Positions 29,255 through 38,106 of a DNA stretch of 61,419 nucleotides are shown here, piece after piece. Location: positions 1-61,419 of IMG/VR virus record IMGVR_UViG_3300036881_000024, one strand, 5' to 3'. Each line of letters begins with the position of its first letter. Position 1 is the stretch's first letter. This DNA is from a virus (taxonomy: Duplodnaviria; Caudoviricetes). Made by a program: the position numbers and the translations under genes. The notes under the pieces are model-generated. The model was given only the letters and a program-made list of their open reading frames with translations. It was not told where the DNA came from and made no database searches.

Positions 29255-29348
29255 CGGTTTCAGGATACTCCCGATCTGCCCAGCGTTCGGCAACTTTTAC
29301 GGCGCGGTCGATGATGGAGAGCAGACGGTCAAGCTGCTTGGAGGTCAT
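29124..29348 (-). CDS. Hypothetical protein
   Basis: ATGA-coupled to the upstream 29345..29521 ORF. Confidence 0.5.
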   Translation of the reverse strand: MTSKQLDRLLSIIDRAVKVAERWADREYPETDEVEATISRVGDRALPQSREEYNNFEPREDPVEAFARRIGARS

Positions 29349-29521
29349 GCTGGAACCACCGGGAGCTGCTTACCTATTCCTTGAATCGTCGCCAGAAAGA
29401 AGCGTTGGTCGGTGTCCAGTTCGTCCACCTGCTGCATGAGTTGATCGTTGGCCTCTTTTACCATTGTCGCCAAAATCAGCGCCTCGAATGGGGAAAGGCG
29501 AATCGTTACTAAATCACTCAT
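29345..29521 (-). CDS. Hypothetical protein (58 aa)
   Basis: Hand-translated MSDLVTIRLSPFEALIL...; ATGA overlaps at both ends. Confidence 0.6.
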   Translation of the reverse strand: MSDLVTIRLSPFEALILATMVKEANDQLMQQVDELDTDQRFFLATIQGIGKQLPVVPA

Positions 29522-30006
29522 ACCTGCCTCCGCCTTCCATTGCCCCGCGTAGACCGCGAGAACGTAGACTTCTCCGGCTCCGGCGGCTTGATCTCCGTTG
29601 GCTTGGGAATGGGCTGGTCAGTCTCGCGGCGGAAGCGGTCAGGGGGAGCTTCTTCGATTACGCCTGAGAGCTTCGTCGCTCCGTTGGGAATGTCACCCCA
29701 AGAACCGCCGCCAATGCCGCCACGAGTAACCCTGCCGAAGTCGTTCAGTTCGTAATCAACCCACCATCCACATTCGAGCAAGTGCGGCACTCTGCGCCAC
29801 CACGCCAGACGCCACGTCGCCTTGAACTTCGCATACGCGGCGTTCGCCATCAGCGAGCACGTCTTTCCCAGCCCTGCAATGATCTGCTCCCGCAACGGCT
29901 CGGCAACGTCAGCGGGGAGTCCCTGCGTCATGCGGACAGCGATGCCCTTTTTTATTTCGATTCCGCCGAGTGGCTGAGGAATTGACTTCACTGGTGCCGT
30001 TGCCAT
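29518..30006 (-). CDS. Hypothetical protein
   Basis: 162 aa, coupled within the operon. Confidence 0.6.
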   Translation of the reverse strand: MATAPVKSIPQPLGGIEIKKGIAVRMTQGLPADVAEPLREQIIAGLGKTCSLMANAAYAKFKATWRLAWWRRVPHLLECGWWVDYELNDFGRVTRGGIGGGSWGDIPNGATKLSGVIEEAPPDRFRRETDQPIPKPTEIKPPEPEKSTFSRSTRGNGRRRQV

Positions 30007-30347
30007 CAGTTACCCCTCGCTTGCGCGCGCTGGAACCGCTGCGTCATGTTCGCAAACATCCCGCGTAGCCGTTTGAATACGCTCGTGCCAGTCAACGGAT
30101 CGCCGTCCGGTCCCCGGTCCTCTCCCGGTACACCGGCCAGTTGCAATGCGCGCTCACGCTTCTGCTCGGCCTCGGTTTCCCGCATCCGCTCCTTGGTGGC
30201 CTTGCTCAACCTTCCGGTATGTCTCTCCAGATTCCGCGCCGAGAACACTGGCTTATTGCGGCAGCACAACTGGCGCAATTTCTTCCGGCTAAGAGGCTTC
30301 TCGCAGTCCGTCTGCGTGCCCGTCATGTCGTGAATGATGAATGTCAT
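30006..30347 (-). CDS. Hypothetical protein
   Basis: 113 aa, coupled within the operon. Confidence 0.55.
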   Translation of the reverse strand: MTFIIHDMTGTQTDCEKPLSRKKLRQLCCRNKPVFSARNLERHTGRLSKATKERMRETEAEQKRERALQLAGVPGEDRGPDGDPLTGTSVFKRLRGMFANMTQRFQRAQARGN

Positions 30348-30564
30348 TTTCTTTCGCCTCCCGGTACTTCCTCTGCAATGCTTCGAGCTTCATTCTCGAA
30401 CTCACATTAGGCCTATGATAGCCGCGCTCCACGTTGATAACCGTCCGCGCTGAAATCCTCAACACCGATGCCATCTGCTCCTGCGTCCATCCTTGAGACT
30501 TCCGCCAGCGCCGCCACTCACGCGCGTAATTCCGTGATGGGTCGCCGTGGATGCGCTGCCTCAT
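30289..30564 (-). CDS. XRE-family helix-turn-helix regulator
   Basis: WRKSQGWTQEQMASVLRISARTVINVERGYHRP. Confidence 0.85.
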   Translation of the reverse strand: MRQRIHGDPSRNYAREWRRWRKSQGWTQEQMASVLRISARTVINVERGYHRPNVSSRMKLEALQRKYREAKENDIHHSRHDGHADGLREAS

Positions 30565-30854
30565 GCGTCATTCCTAATGTCTCTGACGACAGTTTCACCG
30601 CAATGTATGTCGCACGCGCATCGCTTATACCAAGGTTCAAACGGCCACACTGCTCCGTCTGGAATTAGGTCACTCACGTGCAGGACCACGCCTGAAAATC
30701 TAAACCATCCCTGATTGTCACGATCTCTTATGCTCTGCGTTGGAACTAGGGCGCACGCAATCTGCTGGTAGGTTTTTCGGTTACATATTCCTTGGCCGAT
30801 GCGCACGAGTGCTTCCGATGAATGCAGTAAATGATTGGCTTCTTCTTCTGTCAC
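30561..30854 (-). CDS. Hypothetical protein
   Basis: 97 aa, with overlaps at both ends. Confidence 0.5.
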   Translation of the reverse strand: MTEEEANHLLHSSEALVRIGQGICNRKTYQQIACALVPTQSIRDRDNQGWFRFSGVVLHVSDLIPDGAVWPFEPWYKRCACDIHCGETVVRDIRNDA

Positions 30855-31105
30855 GACGGCCTCACTAGCGCCACACGCGCTACCTCAGGCGGCTTCTGGC
30901 CGACGAACTGGACAGCCAGCGTGTAGCCGCAATCGCCGCACCAGCACACCGATACCAGGGCTCCCATTCCCGTCACCAGAGTATTCTGCGCGAAATTCAA
31001 AGGCGAGTGCTCACACGAGGGGCACTTCGGGTCTTTGGGCGGTTTCGGAACGATCTCAAGGCTCATTGCTCCCACTTTCCCGCCAGCCAGTAGCCGAAGG
31101 CGCAC
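30851..31105 (-). CDS. Zinc-ribbon protein
   Basis: CPSC...CGDC. Confidence 0.55.
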   Translation of the reverse strand: MRLRLLAGGKVGAMSLEIVPKPPKDPKCPSCEHSPLNFAQNTLVTGMGALVSVCWCGDCGYTLAVQFVGQKPPEVARVALVRPS

Positions 31106-31446
31106 ACAATCACCGGCAGAGTGAACAAGGCAATCTCCACGTCAGACTCCGTGGCCGATCACGTCAGCGTCAGGAAGAGGGCCGGGAAACGGTAAAGGCA
31201 CTTCGCCCTTGAGCCGCTTCACCGGACCCAACTCCGGCTGCCGGCAATTGAAGTGTTCGCGGGTGGTCCATGTCCAAAACAGGAAGCGGTGATAGCGGCG
31301 GTGCCACCTGTGGGAGCGAAAGAAACGGCGTTTGCATTTCGAGCATGTTTGTCTCATCGGGTACCTTTCAGAGGTGCAATATTGCATCTGCTCTTGGCGC
31401 GGGATGACGAACAAGTCGCTGAGCCGCGCCGTGAGCAGGGGAGAAA

Positions 31447-31923
31447 CTAAGCGACCTGGTCGAATTTGCCGCCGGTCACGTCGTCCACAATGCCCTCTTC
31501 GGTCACTGTGCCGGTGACGGTGGCAACGACGCCATCGGTGTTGGTGTAGGTCCAGGTCACGGTCAGAGCCTCGCCGGAGGGGTCAATGACCGCATCGGGA
31601 GTCAGGTTCAGAACGAACGTCGCGCCTGTCGGATCGTCGGTGAGGTCGAGCACGGCAGGAGCATTGACGGTATCGGAGGTTGTGACGGCTGCTTTCGAGC
31701 CATCGAGAGTGAAGGCGGGTCCGCTGAAAGTCGGCGTGACTTGAAACTTCGGCGATTGTCCGGGCTGGATGGGAACCATTGGATCTCCTATCTGGGACAT
31801 GACGCCGCCCAGAACGCGGTTGGGGGTTAAAAGCCTGAGAATCATGCGGAGCAGAAAACGGTTCTCGCGCTCCAAGTACAGCATCTCACGAAGTTCATGG
31901 TACGGGTTGTTGGATACAGTCAT
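31447..31923 (-). CDS. Hypothetical protein with an Ig-like C-terminal domain (internal RBS and ATG at 31779)
   Basis: T/V/D-rich beta strands; AGGAG before 31779. Confidence 0.55.
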   Translation of the reverse strand: MTVSNNPYHELREMLYLERENRFLLRMILRLLTPNRVLGGVMSQIGDPMVPIQPGQSPKFQVTPTFSGPAFTLDGSKAAVTTSDTVNAPAVLDLTDDPTGATFVLNLTPDAVIDPSGEALTVTWTYTNTDGVVATVTGTVTEEGIVDDVTGGKFDQVA

Positions 31924-32279
31924 TTCGACCTCTTCATTTCAGTTCCCCGCGAGCAATCCTGCACATCGTACAGGGACAGTTCTCGCGGTGCTTGGGCCTT
32001 ACGGCTTGCGATTCGCCGCCAGCACCACTCTCAGGTCTTGCCTCAACCTCTCGCCGTGGCACTTCCGGCAGATCGACTTTCGACTGCTTCCCGTTTCTCG
32101 GTCGGGCAGTTCTCGGGGTCTGACTCCGCATAGTTTTCATTTCAACGGCGCTGTTGTTATTCCCACCCTCAGCCCCCTTTTTCGGCTCCGACCAGTCCAC
32201 CCGCTTGCACCTTGGACACTGCACCGGCAACCGACCCTTTAACCTGATCGTCCAGTCTTGCCCGCATTGGTTGCAGTGT

Positions 32280-32720
32280 GCGTGTTTTATTATTACTTCC
32301 ACAACATCCACGCTACGCTTATTATTATTATTTGTCAAGTGTAAAAATGACCCGTTTCTGTTTTTGCCGATGGAAGCGTCCAAGCCATCACACCGCCCAC
32401 CTCGGGACAACATCCGACAACCCACCAGCAGGCCAGCTCTGCACCCTTTGGACAATGCGCCAATCGCACGCGGAAGGCCCGCCAATCAAGCGCAGATCCA
32501 CTGCCGCAGGGCGCGGAGAGGCAGGGCGAGACGCACATCAAGGCATCGCGATGTGACGATGCAGAGCAAGGCGGAGGAGGATGGGAAAGCGCTCCTATAC
32601 ATAGATAGCGTATGACATGGTAACGCATTACCAAAGATTAGTTAGTATGATACGATTTTAGTTGACATGAGTTAGCAATAGGAGCAAGGTGGAAGAGTGA
32701 ATCAGCCAAGGTTCACAGAA
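32280..32720. promoter_or_regulatory. Divergent promoter region
   Basis: Strand switch, AT-rich patches, and TTGACA on both strands (about 32334-32339 minus, 32663-32668 plus). Confidence 0.6.
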
Positions 32721-32734
32721 TGGAGCGAAACAAG

Positions 32735-33085
32735 ATGCAAGCTTATTCAAACCCAAAGAGAGCAAGTGATCCGTACTCCCTGCCTGATGTAGAAGTCTTT
32801 CAGCTCACGGCTACTGAAGTAGCAGCGATGGATGAAGACCTTGTTTCGGAGTACTCACGGCGGAAGGAATTCCGCCTTTGCCACATGAATAGCCGCACGC
32901 GCGAAGCGATGCTGGATGCGATGGTCGAAGAGGAGGGGATCACTGGCGGATGGTTCTGGTGGACGTGCCTTCCTGGATGCCTGCCTGATTCATCGGCAAT
33001 GGGACCATTTGAGACGCGCGAGCAAGCCCTGGCCGATGCACAAGAGAATTCAGACCTCGGCGACGAGGAATCGGACGAAGAGTAA
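32735..33085 (+). CDS. Acidic early protein
   Basis: GWFWWTCLPGCLPDSSAMGPFETREQALADA; acidic tail. Confidence 0.7.
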   Translation: MQAYSNPKRASDPYSLPDVEVFQLTATEVAAMDEDLVSEYSRRKEFRLCHMNSRTREAMLDAMVEEEGITGGWFWWTCLPGCLPDSSAMGPFETREQALADAQENSDLGDEESDEE

Positions 33086-33172
33086 CTTTCCCCTGCCAGC
33101 TCCAATGGGGGAGACGCGCAAGTGGCACTTGCTGGGCCGGAGCGTAGACCGGCCAGAATTCAGGAACCCACA

Positions 33173-33373
33173 ATGACCCTCGCACTGATTCTCGTCGCCC
33201 TGGCCCTCGTGCTGCTCGTTATGGCCCTGCTACGCCTCAGACGCGCACGCCTAGACCGGCTATTCCTTGACCGGCTGGAGGCCGAGTCCTGGCAGAGCTA
33301 CACCGACCAGAAGTATCCGCCTACCCTCACCGATGAAGAAGTAGCCGAGTACCACAAAATGCGGTGGGACTGA
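33173..33373 (+). CDS. Small membrane protein
   Basis: N-terminal hydrophobic helix. Confidence 0.6.
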   Translation: MTLALILVALALVLLVMALLRLRRARLDRLFLDRLEAESWQSYTDQKYPPTLTDEEVAEYHKMRWD

Positions 33374-33436
33374 GTTTGTGCAATATTACACAAACCCGAA
33401 ACCGACTAGCGGCAACCAGCCGCATGGAGAGATGAA

Positions 33437-33739
33437 ATGACAAAAGCACAGCAAATCGTGAAAGCGTTGTTTGAACTTAACCCCCCTTGCCCTTTCCCAC
33501 CGTCTGATGGACGCTACAAAGAATGGTTTCACTTGTGGGAGAAGGTTGCGGCAGAGGCTGGCCGTGTGACGACTCCGGTTAGCAAGTGTCCCGGTTGCGA
33601 ACAGTGTGGGGAAACCTACTCTCCAGACCATGACTGTACGGCTGGAGATCACCACTACACGGCTAAGGGTGCAGTACAACTCCCTGATCCATTTCGGGAA
33701 ATCGCCGTCTCCCTTAGTCTAGCAAGGATGAATCCATGA
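33437..33739 (+). CDS. Hypothetical protein
   Basis: RBS GGAGAG; CPGCEQC. Confidence 0.6.
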   Translation: MTKAQQIVKALFELNPPCPFPPSDGRYKEWFHLWEKVAAEAGRVTTPVSKCPGCEQCGETYSPDHDCTAGDHHYTAKGAVQLPDPFREIAVSLSLARMNP

Positions 33740-34103
33740 GCGCCCAGTCTAATCTGCTCCCACGTATCTATGTCCAGACCGCGCGGACTGACGGCAAGTT
33801 TAAGGTGCAATACGTTTTCCCGATTACCGGAACACGTACCACTAAGATCATTACCCGCGCCAAGCTAGATGACGCTCAGGCATCCGGATCGTACGCGGTG
33901 ATCTTTACCGGAACACAACGAACTTCACGCCCTATGGCATCACCGTCAGGCTCAAGGGATTGCGGTCGAGCTACACCATCACCCCGGCCGCAATCTACAA
34001 CCGCGCTGTAATGGCGCACGTCGAGAGGCAGCGCGCGGAGCGGAAAGCGAAGAAACGGTAACCCGGTAACAGCGGCCTAGACTCAGCCGCATGGAGAGAT
34101 GAA

Positions 34104-34322
34104 ATGAAGAATCTGATGGTCAAGACGCGCCTTCAAACGGCACAGGATTTGGTCAACACGCTAACCGAGTTCGGCGAGATTTGCGGTCGCGGACTGGATG
34201 AGATTTACATCGAAGATCTTGACATGGCCGCACTGGTTGAAGAAACGCTCACGGACGGCAGCAAGGTCTACAACGTAGAACTGACCGATGTGGGTCCAGA
34301 CATTAGCCTGCCCACTCACTAA
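34104..34322 (+). CDS. Small acidic protein
   Basis: LVEETLTDGSKVYNVEL; same RBS module as the gene at 33437. Confidence 0.65.
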   Translation: MKNLMVKTRLQTAQDLVNTLTEFGEICGRGLDEIYIEDLDMAALVEETLTDGSKVYNVELTDVGPDISLPTH

Positions 34323-34391
34323 CCTTCGCCGCGCCGTCTCTACGGTAAACCAAATCAGTGCAATATTACACAAGCCCGAAAGGACGACCCC

Positions 34392-34601
34392 ATGACCAAA
34401 GCCAAGGCGCCACCACCTCAAACCCTAGACCGCGATCTGCTCACCGTAGACGAAGCCGCGGCCTACCTCCGAGTACACCCCATGACCGTGAGGCGCATGA
34501 TCCGCGAAGGCAAGCTCAAAGCCTCGCAGCTCGTCGCCCGTGGCCGCGTCCTCATCGCTGCAACTGACATCGAAAAGCTGCTCGAAAAATCCAAGCACTA
34601 A
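34392..34601 (+). CDS. Excisionase-like (HTH_17) DNA-binding protein
   Basis: LLTVDEAAAYLRVHPMTVRRMIREGKLKA. Confidence 0.85.
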   Translation: MTKAKAPPPQTLDRDLLTVDEAAAYLRVHPMTVRRMIREGKLKASQLVARGRVLIAATDIEKLLEKSKH

Positions 34602-34881
34602 TTTTCAGACTGGAGATACCGTGAACGCTCGTGACCGCGAAGAGATAGAAGGCCGTCCCGTGGGCTGGCGCGGCGAGACACTGTTCTTTGCATTCTGTGT
34701 CGCAGCCATCATCCTCGAAAGCTGGGGAGTGTGGGAATTATGGAAGTGGGCGACACGATGACCCGCGACGGATGGGACCAACTCACTTACATTCTGGCCG
34801 CTATCACTGGCGGCTGCATGGCCTTCGTGATCTACCGCGTAGGCTGTTGGATTTGCAACTAACCCGCGAAAGGAAACCATC

Positions 34882-35664
34882 ATGGCCGTAGAATTCACCG
34901 TACCTGGTCACCGCACAAGCGAGAACCGCTTCCTCCCTGAGCACATCGAAGTCGATGCCAAACTGAACGGTCGGCATGAGCTGCCTGATATTCAGTGGAT
35001 CATTGATTCGATTCTCCGACATGGGCAACTTCAACCCGTCACCATCCGCCGCACCGGAGGCAAACCCGTTCTAGTCGCCGGATTCTCTCGCTGGCGTGCG
35101 GTGTCTGAAATCAACAAGCGCAAGCTTTACGAGAAGGAGCCGCTGGAACTGCGCTGCTCCTACACGCAGTTGACCGAGAAACAGGCGTTTCTGGCAAACA
35201 TCGAAGAGAACCGCGTCCGCAACCAAACGACGCCGATGGACGACGCCTACAACATCCAGCGGCTCGTCAACGTGTACCAGATGACCCTGGACGAAGTGGC
35301 CGACGCCTACCGCGCCTCAGTGTCATGGGTCAAGGGCAGACAGGCGCTCATCGAGGCCACGCCGGAAGTCGAGAAGCAGATCCGTGCTGGCAAGATCAAA
35401 GGCCCAGCGGCCAAGGCAGTCGCCAAGCTCTCGAAGGAACACCAGAAGAACCTCGCGGCCGTCGCCGAGAAGAAGGGAAAAGTCACAGCGGCAGACGTTC
35501 GCAAGGAAACCGGCAAGCCTGAGCCCGCGAAGAAGCCCGACGCGGCCAAGGCGCTCCAGTTCGCCGACGACCTGGCCCGTCACGTCATCAAGGACGACCT
35601 GACGTTTGAGAAGATGGAAGCACTCGCCAAGGCATACTTGAAAGTGAGGGGCATCGAGCTTTAG
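34882..35664 (+). CDS. ParB/Spo0J-like protein
   Basis: SILRHGQLQPVTIR...LVAGFSRWRAV, ANIEENRVRN, followed by an HTH. Confidence 0.85.
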   Translation: MAVEFTVPGHRTSENRFLPEHIEVDAKLNGRHELPDIQWIIDSILRHGQLQPVTIRRTGGKPVLVAGFSRWRAVSEINKRKLYEKEPLELRCSYTQLTEKQAFLANIEENRVRNQTTPMDDAYNIQRLVNVYQMTLDEVADAYRASVSWVKGRQALIEATPEVEKQIRAGKIKGPAAKAVAKLSKEHQKNLAAVAEKKGKVTAADVRKETGKPEPAKKPDAAKALQFADDLARHVIKDDLTFEKMEALAKAYLKVRGIEL

Positions 35665-35936
35665 TTCCGCGCGAAGGATGCGCCATAATGTTCCCTGGGC
35701 CGGGGAATGAACCGAAGACGGTTGAAGTTAGAAGGGAGGGTAGCGATATGCGGGCTTGACCGCCCGTGCCATGCAGTGACCTCTACCAGAGGCAACCTAG
35801 ACATGCAACACGCCTTCAATGGCTATCGGAGCCGGGGCCGAAAAATGGAGTACCCCGGCACGTCTTCATACTTCCGCAACACCTTACCCGCAGCACCACT
35901 TCGCTCCACCATCCGCAAACGGTCCCACCAAAATAA

Positions 35937-35968
35937 AACGCCGTCCGAGAGGCTTTCGGACGGCGTTC
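35937..35968. terminator. Strong hairpin between convergent operons
   Basis: AACGCCGTCCGA...TCGGACGGCGTT, with a T-run after it on the minus strand. Confidence 0.6.
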
Positions 35969-36394
35969 CCTCTTTGCAGAGGCTACGGGGCAACTGGGGC
36001 AAGTTGCTTAGGCTTAGCCAGGGAGGACAGGTGTCACCCCGCATTCCCATGTTGACATAATTGACCGCCTCATGCAACCTTTAACTTGCTTAGGTAAAGC
36101 GGAGTCGGGAAACCGATTCGGGGAGTTCGCGGGACACTCAGCCCAATAACAACGGCCCGCTTGAGCACGACAGGTACGGACAGAGGCACCCGATGAAAAC
36201 ACTCACAGACGAAACTCCGGGCAACGGGCTGGTGCTTGATCCAGCAATGGGGACTACGCCCCGGTCGCATGGGACGCTACGCAAGTAGTGGCTAAATAAG
36301 CTGTGCTGTTTTCCAGACCTGAGAGCTAAGCCGAGAGACAGAGGCACAGAACCCAAAGGCTTTTCCCGAGGGAAGTCCCCAAGTGTGTGACCCG

Positions 36395-36730
36395 CTATGA
36401 AGGCAGAAACGTCACACCCAGGACCGCCAGCACGTCATCGATCGCAGTACCGGCGTGCACCATCTTCGCGGTGTAGCGCAGCAGCATCCAGCCGCCTTTC
36501 TGCAGGGCGTTGTACTTGTCCAAATCCGAGGCGAATCTGCCGTTGATCCGATGGACACTTGACTCGATCTCCACAGCAAGTTTCCGCTCCGGCCAGGCGA
36601 AGTCTATCCGCCACTTTCGGGTAGGGTGAAACAGGTACTCTCGCTCCGGCCTCAGCTTGTAGATGCGGCAGTGCAACGAAAATTCTTCCTCACCGGCACT
36701 ACTCGGCCTTGGGAGGGACTGGCTTACCAT
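36395..36730 (-). CDS. DUF559/Vsr-like endonuclease (putative resolvase)
   Basis: EREYLFHPTRKWRIDFAWPERKLAVEIE...KYNALQKGGWMLLRYT. Confidence 0.8.
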   Translation of the reverse strand: MVSQSLPRPSSAGEEEFSLHCRIYKLRPEREYLFHPTRKWRIDFAWPERKLAVEIESSVHRINGRFASDLDKYNALQKGGWMLLRYTAKMVHAGTAIDDVLAVLGVTFLPS

Positions 36731-36980
36731 GCAATTCACCTGAATGTTCCTTCCAATGGCACGCGGCGCACAGCAGACGGCAATTATCAGCCACGTCTGA
36801 GCCTCCAGCGCCCCGGCTGATGATGTGGGCCAGATGCCCGGACGCCCAACTGCACGGACGCCCACACTCGCGGCACTTCCACTCATCGCGGGTGAATACT
36901 TCCCGGCGCAGAGCCTCCAGGGGCTTTCCTTTGAGCCTGATTCTGCCGAGCTTGCCTGGTACTCCGCTGCGGATGGTCAA
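36699..36980 (-). CDS. HNH endonuclease
   Basis: RDEWKCRECG...HLAHIISRGAGGSD...LLCAACH. Confidence 0.85.
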   Translation of the reverse strand: MTIRSGVPGKLGRIRLKGKPLEALRREVFTRDEWKCRECGRPCSWASGHLAHIISRGAGGSDVADNCRLLCAACHWKEHSGELHGKPVPPKAE

Positions 36981-37155
36981 GGACGCCACCCAAGAGACCA
37001 ATGAACGACGCAATCCTTGGTCGGGTCCGCTTTCACTTTCGGCGGAAATGCCGGGTTGTTCAGCATCGCGGTTATGGCCTTGATGAGCTTCGGGCTCCCA
37101 ATGCTGAAACCGAGCGCGTCTAAATCTTCTCTAACGTCCTCTTCGGTGCGGTGTC

Positions 37156-37815
37156 TCATGCTGTCTGCTCCTTTAGGTGTTCGTACTCGGCAGCGTGGTC
37201 TTGGATGTAGCTCACAGCGATTGCCTTGATGGCGTCTGCGCGCGAGTGGCAGTCCTCAAGCGCCATCGCCATTTCGATAGCAGACTCAAACTCGCTAACA
37301 TCCCCCGTAGGGGCCATCGTTACGGGATGCTTCACTTCGAGGTGCTGATTGTGGTCGCGGTTCATCGTTTCCACGAACTGCTTTTCCGGCAGGGTCTTGG
37401 CGGCTTCGATCACGGCGGGCAACGACCTTACCCCGGTAGAGACTTGCTTTAGCTGCTCCAGGTTGCACCGCTTGACCTGCACCAGTTCGCCGGGAGCAAT
37501 ATCCTTCAGGGCTTCGATGGTTCTCTTGGCGTCGTAGCAGTAGCTCCACGATCGGGGAGCCAGCCATTTTACCCATCTATCCTGACTGGCGAAGGGCATC
37601 CCTACTTCGGGGTCGATGTGTTCCCGCCACAACTCCCGCTCCTCGGCCAGCACCAGACACATCCCGCGCACGGCGAAGACTCGCTCCTCAATGCCTTCCA
37701 GGCTCACCAGGATGCCCGCCAGCGCGTCCGCACACTGCCGGGAAGGTTCCAGCCTCAACGCGAAAAAATCAGGCGTTCTAAGGATGTTGTGCGATATTAC
37801 ACCAACTGTACTCAT
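37156..37815 (-). CDS. Hypothetical protein
   Basis: ATGA-coupled ORF. Confidence 0.6.
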   Translation of the reverse strand: MSTVGVISHNILRTPDFFALRLEPSRQCADALAGILVSLEGIEERVFAVRGMCLVLAEERELWREHIDPEVGMPFASQDRWVKWLAPRSWSYCYDAKRTIEALKDIAPGELVQVKRCNLEQLKQVSTGVRSLPAVIEAAKTLPEKQFVETMNRDHNQHLEVKHPVTMAPTGDVSEFESAIEMAMALEDCHSRADAIKAIAVSYIQDHAAEYEHLKEQTA

Positions 37816-38106
37816 GGTTTGGGATCTCCAAAGGGCCGTAAATCCGGGTTGTTGAAATAGTACGCCAAAACTCTGTTCATGCAACCGGCCAATAGGGGAA
37901 CCAGATACCTTTCGTTTGACCCCACGGCCATAAGGAGCGAAAGAGCCTTTGCCGTCTCCCAGTCCGTGCAGTAGTCGGCCTCCGTGTAGCGCATCAGCTT
38001 GCGCATTCTGGAGACTTCGGGATCGAAGTTATAGCCGGTGCTGCTTCTCACTGAATATCCGCCTCTCCCTGCTTTCCATCGGCCAGTTTTCGGTCGCGCT
38101 TGGGCT

